Positions 36,801-45,091 of a DNA stretch of 64,000 nucleotides are shown here, piece by piece. The position numbers and the translations under genes were made by a program. The DNA lies in assembly GCA_038207335.1 (NCBI GenBank), contig JBBQZX010000012.1:32001-96000 (forward strand). The letters run 5' to 3'. Position 1 is the stretch's first letter; every line of letters starts with the position of its first letter. The notes beneath the pieces were generated by a model. That model had not been told where the DNA came from. It made no database searches and saw only the letters and a program-made list of their open reading frames with translations. The DNA comes from Chthoniobacterales bacterium (GTDB lineage: Bacteria > Verrucomicrobiota > Verrucomicrobiia > Chthoniobacterales > Chthoniobacteraceae).

Positions 36801-38241
36801 TATTAGATGAAATTTGCGAGCCGCTTAGGACAGAAAGCGAATCGGATCCAATATTGATGTTCCCCCCATGGCCTGTCGCCCCGTTCAAGACGTTTGAGAG
36901 GATCGCACCGCCAGCCGCAAGCGTCAGATTCGAGCTCTGAATGCGAATGTCTCCTCCATTTCCGACCGCCCCAGCAAGCACGCTCGCGTAAATCCCCGTG
37001 TCTTCACTGGACCTCCCGTCGATTGAAATATTCGTCGCAGATATTTCAACGCGACCGCCGTCCCCGTGCCCAAACGTGCTGGCGGAAATCGAACCTCGCG
37101 TCGTGATCGTTAGGTCCTCGGCACGAACATTCACATTTCCTCCGTTGCCCGTGCCGGTTTCGGCGACTAGCGCGCCGATGCCGTTGTAGGATTCCGACCC
37201 TGGGAAAAGAACCACGCCTTCGCCGTCGATCGAGATCGACGGGGCATCCACCGACACATTTCCGCCGTTCCCCGCACCCAGTGCGTTGGCCCGAATCTGC
37301 CCATCGTGAATCGTGACCGACTGAGCGAGACGTGCGTCGACGTCTCCGCCCTTCACCGAGCCAGTGTTTTTGCTCTGGATCGTCGAGCCGCCCTCGAGCT
37401 GCAAGCTGCCTCCGCGCAGCACGATGCGACCGCCACCCGCACCATCGATATTGCCTGAGGAACCGCTTTTCATTGTCACGGTGCCAATCGCGGGCAGCGC
37501 CACGGCGGAGGCGCGCGCGATGGCGTCCGCCGAACTCGGCACAACTCCCGGCCCGGCCATGCTCACGATCGCGAGTGATCCCGAGGACGCCGAGACAGTC
37601 GTGCCATCCAGGCTCACATCGCCTGCCGCGATCGTAAAATCGCGGCCGGGGAGCGTCGCGAGTCGCGAGCCGTTGAACGTAACCGCCGCAGGGCGGGCGG
37701 ACGTGAAGCCGAAGGCGTTGACGGGCGCGGCGGTGAGCATCAGGTCGTTTGCGCCGGGCCGGGCGTCGAAATGCGCGCCGTCGGCGAGCACGAGATGATC
37801 GGCGGTCGTGACTGCGAAACTGCCGCTGATGTCGAGGCTCGCATTTGTGCCGAACATGACGCCCGCCGAGTTGATCAGGAAGAGATTCGCGCCGCTCATC
37901 TCCGAGCGCAGTGTGCCGTCGATCGAGGAGGGGGTGCCGCCCGTAACGCGCGCTAAGATGTTTGCCACACCCGGCGCACCGGAGCCGATGGGCGCTCGAA
38001 AATTGGCGATTTCGCCTGCGTTGAGATCGAGTCGGCTGAAGCTGTGAAAAAGATTTCCGCCGACTTGTTTTCCGGCTTCCGCCGGGATGAGAAAATTCGG
38101 GCCCGAGAGCGCATCGGAGCGTCCAAGACTGCCGTCGAATTTCACGTCGCCACCCAACCCAGAGCGTTCGGCCAGAAGGATGCAAATCGCCAAGGAACCA
38201 GCGAAACACAGCCGAGCCAGTCTCGGGGGAGGATTATTCAC
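33868..38241 (-). CDS. Filamentous hemagglutinin family TpsA exoprotein (copy 2)
   Basis: Probable GTG start at 38241 before a hydrophobic leader; TPS domain GGNLFHSF...ANLFLINSAGVMFG; regular GNGGxIxI repeats; C-terminal QLRDQCAARLGLDFSSILVLGRGG. The ORF-track start (38670) overlaps the VOC gene and is too long. Confidence 0.88.
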   Translation of the reverse strand: MNNPPPRLARLCFAGSLAICILLAERSGLGGDVKFDGSLGRSDALSGPNFLIPAEAGKQVGGNLFHSFSRLDLNAGEIANFRAPIGSGAPGVANILARVTGGTPSSIDGTLRSEMSGANLFLINSAGVMFGTNASLDISGSFAVTTADHLVLADGAHFDARPGANDLMLTAAPVNAFGFTSARPAAVTFNGSRLATLPGRDFTIAAGDVSLDGTTVSASSGSLAIVSMAGPGVVPSSADAIARASAVALPAIGTVTMKSGSSGNIDGAGGGRIVLRGGSLQLEGGSTIQSKNTGSVKGGDVDARLAQSVTIHDGQIRANALGAGNGGNVSVDAPSISIDGEGVVLFPGSESYNGIGALVAETGTGNGGNVNVRAEDLTITTRGSISASTFGHGDGGRVEISATNISIDGRSSEDTGIYASVLAGAVGNGGDIRIQSSNLTLAAGGAILSNVLNGATGHGGNINIGSDSLSVLSGSQISSNIFGSGNGGGIRLVSEMLLIDGLGDTTGTGVFAGVGKTGIGHGGDVAIEVNRLSIFSGGQIASNTQGVGGGGAVHIGAGTLQIDGMGNDDPTGIFATVQSTAKGNGGKIGIHADQLLIGPGGRISADTRGQGNGGSLRVDALEFSIDGSGTRNATGISANVRETGIGRGGNIAVTVARLQIKSADISASLFGIGTGGDVSVHAKSIRVEQFDGSASSSGIFSDVQDTGKGNSGNVTVVSDELRLLGDSVISAQTSGQGSGGDIRVHSGVIRIDGVGGVNTTGIQSTVEDGAIGNGGKIFVASRDMSITGGGVISAETFGRGDGGEIHVKASKLHIDALEGLGVSGIFADVGESGIGGSGNVHVEADEITIGPAGQISAETFGKGNSGNISISAGKFSIDGQGYDYDTGIFSDVNVGAVGNGGVIDVTAGKFQLFGSAVVSASVFGHGIGGDIHLEADQILLDNHFSTHDSGILARLGGSGRGGSISIRGGDLIIGGGSVISATTSGRGDGGSIAVAVDDLSLDGRNLNFPNGIFARVNPDGSGHGGKISITAHDISIVGGSQISTETLGRGNGGDVKIAASLITLDRKGRYLNTISAGVRTGAVGNGGNILIESGRINILGGSEISANTAGLGDGGNISIDAGSVSLAQGGRLHFNGIAARVSEGGIGEGGSIRVRAKELLITDGSAISATTFGDGTGGDIAIESAKLRITAADVSNQGGIFANSHSDTGSGGTIDVYAGILELSGRGSRIAASAFDLGSAGSIRLEVERVNLFDGALVTVSSDRSNAGAIEVNAHHRIEIVGGSTIAASAAMSGGNITLTAPDFISIDHSTVAATAGSVRLAEAGGGAGGNITIDPEFLILDHATISANAAVGRGGNIRLEADNFFTSESSISATGLTAGTVEVVAPELDLANGLASLPVSLIDASVQLRDQCAARLGLDFSSILVLGRGGAEIGPDEAPAIRSATRRREKVRLPTH

Positions 38242-38319
38242 GTTGCGGCCTGTAAAGGCGAATCGAGTGAAACACAAGCGCGGGCTTGGAAGGCGCGCGC
38301 GAGCCCTTACGCTCACCGC

Positions 38320-38691
38320 ATGAATCCCCGTTTTCTCGGCCTTTACACCGCCATTTATCACGTCGCCGATCTCGCGCGGGCGAAGGCCTGGCATTCGCGG
38401 ATGCTGGGCTTGGCGCCGTATTTCGATGAGCCGTTTTACGTCGGCTTCAATGTCGGCGGACACGAGCTGGGGCTGCTGCCGGCAGGCGATGCGAAGAACC
38501 CAGGCGTGGTCGCGTATTGGGGCGTAAAGGACATCCGTGCGACGCTCGATGCTTTGCTTGCGGAGGGCGCAACCGCGCACGAGGGCGTGCAGGACGTGGG
38601 CGAAGGGATCAAGGTCGCCACCGTGCTCGACAGCGAGGAGAATGTGTTCGGCCTCATCGAGAATCCCCACTTTCCCGCGAAGCCCGAATGA
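38320..38691 (+). CDS. VOC family (glyoxalase/bleomycin resistance) protein
   Basis: TAIYHVADLARAKAW...FDEPFYVGFNVGGHELGL...YWGV.DI...DVGEGIKVATVLDSEENVFGLIENP. Confidence 0.88.
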   Translation: MNPRFLGLYTAIYHVADLARAKAWHSRMLGLAPYFDEPFYVGFNVGGHELGLLPAGDAKNPGVVAYWGVKDIRATLDALLAEGATAHEGVQDVGEGIKVATVLDSEENVFGLIENPHFPAKPE

Positions 38692-39323
38692 CCGAAGAAT
38701 CGCTCCAGCACTTGAGCAAACGGTGCAAGGTGATGCGCCGCCTGATCCGCGTGCACGGGCCCTGCACGCTCGTGCCGGAAGGCGCGCGGTCGCCGTTCGA
38801 GTCGCTCGTGCGGGCGGTCGCGCATCAGCAGCTCCACGCCGCGGCCGCTGAGAGCATCCTGCGCCGGTTTATCATGCTGTTCCCGACGGTGCGACGTTTT
38901 CCCACCGCCGCGCAGCTCGCGGAGGTGTCCGATGAAGCTCTGCGCGGTTGCGGATTTTCCGGCGCGAAGACCGCGTCCCTCCGGGACATCGCCGCGAAGA
39001 CCCTCCTCGGCGTCGTGCCGACCTCCCGCGCGATCGGAAAGCTGAGCGACGACGAGATCGTCGAGTGCCTCACGGAAGTACGCGGGGTAGGCCGATGGAC
39101 GGTCGAGATGATGCTGATTTTCAAACTCGGACGGCCCGATGTTTTCCCCGCCGACGACTTCGGCGTGCGCAACGGCTACCGCATTACGTTCGGACTGGAG
39201 GAGATGCCGCGCGTGAAGGAGCTGCTCGCCGCGAGCGAAGTGTGGCGGCCTTTTCGCACGACAGCGGCGTGGTATCTGTGGCGCGCGGCGGATGCGGCGC
39301 GCCCGAAGAAGCCGACGAAATGA
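38688..39323 (+). CDS. alkA: DNA-3-methyladenine glycosylase II (AlkA family, HhH-GPD)
   Basis: PFESLVRAVAHQQL, LTEVRGVGRWTVEMMLIF..GRPDVFPADDFGVR, WRPFRTTAAWYLWR; ATGA overlap with the VOC gene. Confidence 0.88.
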   Translation: MTEESLQHLSKRCKVMRRLIRVHGPCTLVPEGARSPFESLVRAVAHQQLHAAAAESILRRFIMLFPTVRRFPTAAQLAEVSDEALRGCGFSGAKTASLRDIAAKTLLGVVPTSRAIGKLSDDEIVECLTEVRGVGRWTVEMMLIFKLGRPDVFPADDFGVRNGYRITFGLEEMPRVKELLAASEVWRPFRTTAAWYLWRAADAARPKKPTK

Positions 39324-40612
39324 ACACGATGACCGACGCAGAACGACTGGCGGCGATCCGCGCGGCGATGCCGGCGTCGGGTCTTTTCGCGGAAAAGGAA
39401 TGGCTCGTCGCAACGGAGCCGTTTGCCATCGACGCGCGGATGCGAGACTCGCTGGAAAAGCTCGGCTTCCGGCTCACGCTTTTTGCGCGCGCATGCAACG
39501 AACTCTACCACCGCAGCGTCGCGGGCAAGCAGCCGGCGTGGGTCGCGGAATATCTCGACCGCGGGAAGCCTCCGGAGCTGGTGGAATTCGCGCGGCGCAA
39601 GGAGGCGCGCAACGATCTACCAGCGGTGATCCGCCCGGATTTAGTGCTGACGGAGGAGGGCTTCACGATCGCGGAAGTGGACAGCGTTCCCGGCGGCATC
39701 GGCCTCACCGGCTGGCTCGGGGAGACCTACGCCGCGCTCGGCTTCGACGTGCTCGGCGGGGCGACGGGGATGCGCGACGGCTTTGCCACCATCGCTCCCG
39801 GAGCCGACATCCTAGTCTCCGAAGAGTCCGCCACCTACCGCCCCGAGATGGAGTGGCTGGCGGGCGCGGATCGCGTGCATCCCGCCGAGAGCTACGCGCT
39901 TCCGGTCGGCGCGGAGCCGCGCACGATCTACCGGTTCTTCGAGCTTTTCGACCTTCCCAATCTGCCCTCCGCGCCCGCACTGCTGCGAGCCTCGGAGGCT
40001 GGCGCGGTGAAGATCACGCCGCCGGTAAAGCCGTATCTCGAGGAGAAGCTGTGGTTCGCGCTTTTCTGGATGCGCCCGCTGCGGGAATTCTGGCGCCGGG
40101 AACTCGGCGAGCGCCACTTTCTCGAGCTGCAAAAGCAAATCCCCGTGACTTGGATCCTCGATCCCGAGCCCATCCCCCACCACGCCGTCATCCCCGGCCT
40201 TGAGATCAACGACTGGCGCGAACTCGCCCATTTCAGCCAGAAAGACCGCGACTTGATCTTGAAAATTAGCGGCTTCTCCGAGCTCGGATGGGGCAGCCGC
40301 AGCGTCGTGCTCGGCTCCGACGTATCGCAAGCCGACTGGCAGGCCACCGTCGAAAACGCTCTCAACGCCTTCTCGCACCACCCGCACATCCTCCAGCGGT
40401 TCCACAAAGGCCGGCTCGTCGAGCAGCGCTACTTCGACCGCGACACCGGTGCCGTGGCCACCATGCGCGGCCGCGTGCGCCTCTGCCCCTACTACTTCGT
40501 CATCGATGGTAAAGCCGTGCTGCGCGGTGCTCTCGCGACCGTCTGCCCCGCAGACAAAAAGCTCCTCCACGGCATGTCCGACGCCATCCTCGCCCCGGCC
40601 CGGGGAAGCTAA
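39320..40612 (+). CDS. Uncharacterised ATP-grasp-like protein (glutathionylspermidine synthase / circularly permuted ATP-grasp-like)
   Basis: IRPDLVL...IAEVDSVPGGIG, LILKISGFSELGWGSRSVVLG and HILQRF resemble GSP-synthase-type ATP-grasp motifs; ATGA overlap with alkA. Confidence 0.55.
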   Translation: MNTMTDAERLAAIRAAMPASGLFAEKEWLVATEPFAIDARMRDSLEKLGFRLTLFARACNELYHRSVAGKQPAWVAEYLDRGKPPELVEFARRKEARNDLPAVIRPDLVLTEEGFTIAEVDSVPGGIGLTGWLGETYAALGFDVLGGATGMRDGFATIAPGADILVSEESATYRPEMEWLAGADRVHPAESYALPVGAEPRTIYRFFELFDLPNLPSAPALLRASEAGAVKITPPVKPYLEEKLWFALFWMRPLREFWRRELGERHFLELQKQIPVTWILDPEPIPHHAVIPGLEINDWRELAHFSQKDRDLILKISGFSELGWGSRSVVLGSDVSQADWQATVENALNAFSHHPHILQRFHKGRLVEQRYFDRDTGAVATMRGRVRLCPYYFVIDGKAVLRGALATVCPADKKLLHGMSDAILAPARGS

Positions 40613-40689
40613 TCGGCGCGCCACCGGCGAAGACAGCGTGAACGACGGCGAACGACTGCCACTCCAGCCCCCTCGCGGCCCTGCATGAC

Positions 40690-40896
40690 AATCGACGGGC
40701 TCAAATTCTTCCGCGACCTCGACAAGAAAGAAGTCCGTGAAATCGTCGTCAGCGTCAAACGCGGCGGGCTCAAAGCCGACGACGTGCGCGCCTTTAACCC
40801 CGTCCGCGAGCGCGAGAAGGCGGAAATCGGCCTCTTCAATCTCGCTGGGAAAAGCCCACCCCCGGCATGGAGCGCGACGCCGCCGCCGCGGGCTTT
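40690..40896 (+). pseudogene. Decayed fragment of a restriction-endonuclease (Mrr-like) domain of the type fused to DNA methylases
   Basis: IDGLKFFRDLDKKEVREIVVSVKRGGLKADDVRAF..VREREKAEIGLF; removing two single-base insertions continues it as ISLEKPTPGMERDAAAAGF. No methylase part is present. Confidence 0.6.
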
Positions 40897-41091
40897 TCCG
40901 TCGGCGGCGTGACGGGCACCTTCGCTGGCCTGAATGAAAGCGCATCGCTAACGATCGGCTCGAAGAATTTTTACATCAGCTACGCAGCCAATGGCGGGCA
41001 GGATGTCATACTAACCGCCGTGCCGGAGGCGGGCGTCGCGCTTTCGATGGTGGGCGGTCTCAGCTTGCTACTCGGCCTGTCCCGCCGACGG
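40897..41091 (+). pseudogene. Orphan C-terminal fragment of a PEP-CTERM protein
   Basis: GTFAGLNESASLTIGSKNFYISYAANGGQDVILTAVPEAGVALSMVGGLSLLLGLSRRR, similar to the tail of 1849-7971; no signal peptide or passenger domain, and no stop right after the basic tail. Confidence 0.75.
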
Positions 41092-41443
41092 CACACCCAG
41101 CGCTGCGTGACGCGCCCACCGTGTCGGGAGCCGTCGCGGCGGAGAGTTTACCTCTGCCATCGAGACCGCCCCGGCGTCGGCGATGCGTGACGGTGCCGCT
41201 ATCTTAAATCCAGACCGTGCCCTCGTCCGCGGCGATCATGCGATATTCAAAGAAAAAAGGGACGAGTAGCCAGATTAGGCCCGGAAGCACGCGCACGAAG
41301 TCGCTCACGGGCCGCAGCGCTTCGCGCCGCAAATCTTCGCTAGCCATCTCCCGCAACGAACTCTCCTCCGCAGCGCTGCGATCTGATGCCGATATTCCTC
41401 CTCCCAATGTGAAAGCCCCTCGGCCTCAAAAACCCGCACATTT

Positions 41444-41790
41444 CTACGTCTCTACTGCGTCAGCTGATTTTTCCAGCTTCTCGCGGCAGGGGCGGTACCA
41501 CCAGTCGAGCCGCTCGCCGTCGCGGACGCCCGCAGGGCCGCGGAGCACAAGGCGCGAGCATTTTCGCGATCCTCCAGAAAGAGTAGGCGCGGAGATTTCG
41601 CTCCAATATGAACACGGGCTGGCGCAGGAAGACGAAGCGCCCGTGCCACCGGACGGCGCGGATGAAGACAAGGTCCTCCGCGGCAAAGGTCGCGTCATTT
41701 AAAGCGCCCACCGTCTCGAACGCCGCGCGCGTGCAGAACAGGAAGCAGCAGCCGGTGTAGCCGCTTACGCGCACTACCCCTTCGCTCACG
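41444..41790 (-). pseudogene. Frameshifted C-terminal fragment of a family 2 glycosyltransferase
   Basis: GCCFLFCTRAAFETVGALNDATFAAEDLVFIRAVRWHGRFVFLRQPV in one frame continues as LVLRGPAGVRDGERLDWWY in another; the N-terminal domain is absent. Confidence 0.6.
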
Positions 41791-42070
41791 GGAACCGCCG
41801 GTAGGTGCTCTAGGCATCGCTGTGACATGCCCGCTCGGCTGCCACATATCACTTTAGGAACGGGCCCTTGGGCAACGGGTGCGAAGAGCGGCGATTCCGC
41901 CCCCTTCTCGATGCCTCGGGTAGCCGGCACCAAGCGAAGAGTTCAGCTATCCTGCTCGTGCAACAAGGCACACCTTTGCGCGCGTCTCGTCACGTTGGCC
42001 GTTGTGCCCGGGACGGTGTATCAACACCAGACTCACGCTCGAATCCACGGCCAATGTTCGCCTTAGCGAA

Positions 42071-44989
42071 CTAGTTTACGTAGGCAGCTTCGTTTGAAAG
42101 TAGAAGCGCGTGAGCCATGGTCTCCCAAGGCGTTAACGGTCTCCGTTCGATGAAGTCACCCTGATTTCGAATTGCGCTACGACCGTCGTTGTTCGCCATT
42201 CCGGCCCGTTTAGCCCGCTCAGCAACCTTCTTGGAAGCCTTTTCCACCATCTCTTTGGCAGACGCAAGAACCTGAGGCTGATCTTTCACTTCGGTGCCGA
42301 CAAACTGCAAGGCAAGATCAATCTCACTTGGCGAAGGCGAGCGCTGAAAGAGGATCCGATAGATATTGAAAACGCGGTTTAGATTGTCCCGCGAATTCTG
42401 GACCTCCGGTCGAGCCAGAACACTGCGAGCAACATCGATAGCCAGCGGGCTATTCATCAGGAAGAGCGCCTGTTGCGGAACGATGGTCGTTGCTCGCTTC
42501 GAGTTGGGTGCCTCTGGATTACTGAAATCGAAATGGGCCATCAACTCCGGCAGGTTTCCACGGTCGATGTAACCATAGACGGTGCGGCGATTGCTGTAGG
42601 GCTCGTCGGTAATGTTCACCGGTTGACCGCCTACTTCGGAATCAAGTTTGCCACTGAATACCAAAAGCGAGTCTCGCATTGCCTCGAAATCGAGACGCCG
42701 CACGTTTGCACGCCAGAGAAGGCGGTTGTCCGGATCGAGTTGCTCGTAGGCTTTGATAGTGTGACTGCTGTTTTGATAGACTTTCGACAACATGATGAGC
42801 TTGTGCAGCTTCTTCAGCGACCAACCTTGATCCATCAGGTAGCTGCTCAAGTAGTCGATCAGTTCCGGATGGGAGGGAGCTTCCGACATTGTGCCCAAGT
42901 CATCCGGGGTGCGCACGAAGCCCTCGCCGAAGTGGTGCAACCACACACGATTGACAATCACACGCGCGGTGAGCGGGTTCGATTTGCTGGCGATGGCTTG
43001 AGCTAGTTCCAACCGTCCGCTGCCAATCTTGAACGGTTTCGGATTTCCACCCGAAAGTACCTCCAAAAAGCGGCGAGGCACGATGTCTCCACGAACGCCT
43101 GCCTGGCCACGGATAAAGACAGCAGTATCGGTCGGGGTGCGGACATCGTTGACGACCATCGCTCGCGCATCGGAGCCACCGTTCGTCAATTTCAGTTCGT
43201 TCATCTGAGCGAAAACCCATCCGCTTCCGTTGCGGGGGCCCTGCGGCCAACCGTCGATCTCTCGGCGCAAGTTGTCGGTCGAGAGATAGTTGGCTGGGGA
43301 GATATGGAGCGGCACGCTCGCCAAGGCGTTGATGCCTGGCTCGACGCCCGTCAACGTGTCGTTCATTCCCTTCACTGCGCTATTAAGCTTCACGAAACCG
43401 TGGGCCTTTGAATCTACGGACATGAAGATGCGCTCGTAGGCGTCTGCCAAGCCGTCGAAACTGGACGGCTTCCCACCTGTTAGGCCAGCGGCAACGATCG
43501 CATTGAGTTTCTTATTGGCCGGCGTAACGACCTGATCCCACTTGCCATCTTGAAAAGCATGAATCGGCGCAAAGAGTTCGTCGTTGCGACCGATTGCACC
43601 ACCGATCGCCTGAGTGATATCGCGATCCAGCTTCTCTTCCGTCTGGACCTTCGTTGCTTCGAGTTGCTCGGCCTCGGTGGCTCCACGCCGGGTCAAATAC
43701 CACGCACGTAGGTAAGCCGACGCCTTCTGGCGGAATTCGGCATTCTTTTCATCAACGACCCGATAATAGATGTCACGATTCGTATCCTCAAGTTTCGCCA
43801 TCTTCGTCTGGAATTCGATGGCAACATCGGATTTGGCATACGAGATGACCGGCTTCTCTTTAGGTTCTTCGATGCTGTTGAAGATTCCGTGCAAAGCGTA
43901 GTAGTCCTTCGTGGGAATGGGGTCGAATTTGTGATCGTGGCATCGCGCGCAGGCCACGGTCATCCCAAGGAAACCCTTCGAGACGGTGTCAATTCGGTCG
44001 TTGATGACATCGTTCGTGTTGCCTGTTCGGTCACCGACCGTAATGAAACCCAATGCCGCGAGGTCACGAGGGTCTTTGAGGTCGGGCAGTTTATCTGCCG
44101 CGAGTTGCTCCATCACAAACCGGTCGTAAGGCTTGTCCTCATTAAAGCTGCGAATGACGTAATCCCTGTAGGTCCACGCGTACGGGAATCGGTAATCTCC
44201 TGCCATGTTGTTGGCGCGATCGCCGCTCGTGTCCGCATAACGTGCGGAGTCAAGCCAGAAGCGGCCCCAACGCTCACCGTAGTGTGGAGATGCGAGAAGG
44301 CGGTCCACGACTTTAGCGAAAGCACCCGGAGACTGATCCAAAAGGAATGCTTCGATTTCCTTGGGCGTCGGAGGAAGGCCGATAAGGTCATAGGTCGCGC
44401 GCCGGAGGAGCGTCTCCTTGTCAGCGGGAGGAGAGGGCACCATTCCTTGTGCCTCGATTTTCTGAAGGATGAATGCATCCACCGGGGTAGCGCACCATGC
44501 GCGATTTTTCACGGCTGGAATCGCCGGTTTTTTGACAGGCTGATAGGCCCAATGCGCACGAGCCTCTGCACTCAAACCGGTGAGTTTTTTGTGTGCCTTT
44601 CCTACGCGGGGGTCGGGAGCACCCATTTTCACCCACGCGACCAAATCGGCGATTTGTTCGTCGGGCAGCTTTTTGCCGTCCTTTTTCGGCGGCATCTGGA
44701 GATCTTTGTCGGTGTATTGAATCGCCGTGATCAAGAGGCTCTTCGATGGATCACCAGGCGTCACCGCAGGACCACCTTCGCCGCCTTTTTGCGTCGCCTC
44801 CCGAGAATCGAGCGTCAGTCCTCCTTTACTCTTTCCGGCTTCCACGCTGTGACATTTGTAGCAACTCTCGGTGAGAATTGGCCGGATCTTTTTCTCGAAG
44901 AAGTCGAGTTGTTCCGCCGTTGGGTCCTCCGCATGGAGAAGAGGAGCTGCCAGTGTCAACCCCGTGAGTAAAGGGAGGAATTTACGCAT
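42071..44989 (-). CDS. Planctomycete cytochrome c (PSCyt1) / DUF1549 / DUF1553 protein
   Basis: FFEKKIRPIL..SCYKCH, HWAYQP, LLRRATYDLIGLPPT, YGERWGRFWLDSARYAD, CARCHDHKFDPI, NPLTARVIVNRVWLHHFG, PQQALFLMNS. Confidence 0.92.
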   Translation of the reverse strand: MRKFLPLLTGLTLAAPLLHAEDPTAEQLDFFEKKIRPILTESCYKCHSVEAGKSKGGLTLDSREATQKGGEGGPAVTPGDPSKSLLITAIQYTDKDLQMPPKKDGKKLPDEQIADLVAWVKMGAPDPRVGKAHKKLTGLSAEARAHWAYQPVKKPAIPAVKNRAWCATPVDAFILQKIEAQGMVPSPPADKETLLRRATYDLIGLPPTPKEIEAFLLDQSPGAFAKVVDRLLASPHYGERWGRFWLDSARYADTSGDRANNMAGDYRFPYAWTYRDYVIRSFNEDKPYDRFVMEQLAADKLPDLKDPRDLAALGFITVGDRTGNTNDVINDRIDTVSKGFLGMTVACARCHDHKFDPIPTKDYYALHGIFNSIEEPKEKPVISYAKSDVAIEFQTKMAKLEDTNRDIYYRVVDEKNAEFRQKASAYLRAWYLTRRGATEAEQLEATKVQTEEKLDRDITQAIGGAIGRNDELFAPIHAFQDGKWDQVVTPANKKLNAIVAAGLTGGKPSSFDGLADAYERIFMSVDSKAHGFVKLNSAVKGMNDTLTGVEPGINALASVPLHISPANYLSTDNLRREIDGWPQGPRNGSGWVFAQMNELKLTNGGSDARAMVVNDVRTPTDTAVFIRGQAGVRGDIVPRRFLEVLSGGNPKPFKIGSGRLELAQAIASKSNPLTARVIVNRVWLHHFGEGFVRTPDDLGTMSEAPSHPELIDYLSSYLMDQGWSLKKLHKLIMLSKVYQNSSHTIKAYEQLDPDNRLLWRANVRRLDFEAMRDSLLVFSGKLDSEVGGQPVNITDEPYSNRRTVYGYIDRGNLPELMAHFDFSNPEAPNSKRATTIVPQQALFLMNSPLAIDVARSVLARPEVQNSRDNLNRVFNIYRILFQRSPSPSEIDLALQFVGTEVKDQPQVLASAKEMVEKASKKVAERAKRAGMANNDGRSAIRNQGDFIERRPLTPWETMAHALLLSNEAAYVN

Positions 44990-45038
44990 AATTTTATGAG
45001 ATAAAGATTCGAGTGAGCGGTGGTGGTGTCAACGACAA

Positions 45039-45067
45039 CGACCAACGACGGAAATCGCCGTTGGTCG
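45039..45067 (-). other. Intergenic stem-loop between the DUF1501 and DUF1549/1553 genes
   Basis: CGACCAACG (45039-45047) pairs with CGTTGGTCG (45059-45067); the stem extends with a G-U pair on the minus-strand transcript. Confidence 0.35.
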
Positions 45068-45091
45068 CTGCCACGTTGAGCGGAAACGGAA

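Noticed and set aside
25462..38241. CDI (CdiAB-CdiI) toxin system or recombinase-driven invertible switch
   Set aside because: No VENN/pre-toxin motif, variable toxin tip or immunity ORF; no recombinase or long exact inverted repeats.
38242..38670. N-terminal 143 aa of the 1600-aa tpsA2 ORF
   Set aside because: Largely antisense to the clear VOC gene; the signal peptide and TPS domain begin after about 38241.
41204..41407. 67-aa minus-strand ORF
   Set aside because: No recognisable motif, weak start, and located in a decay zone.
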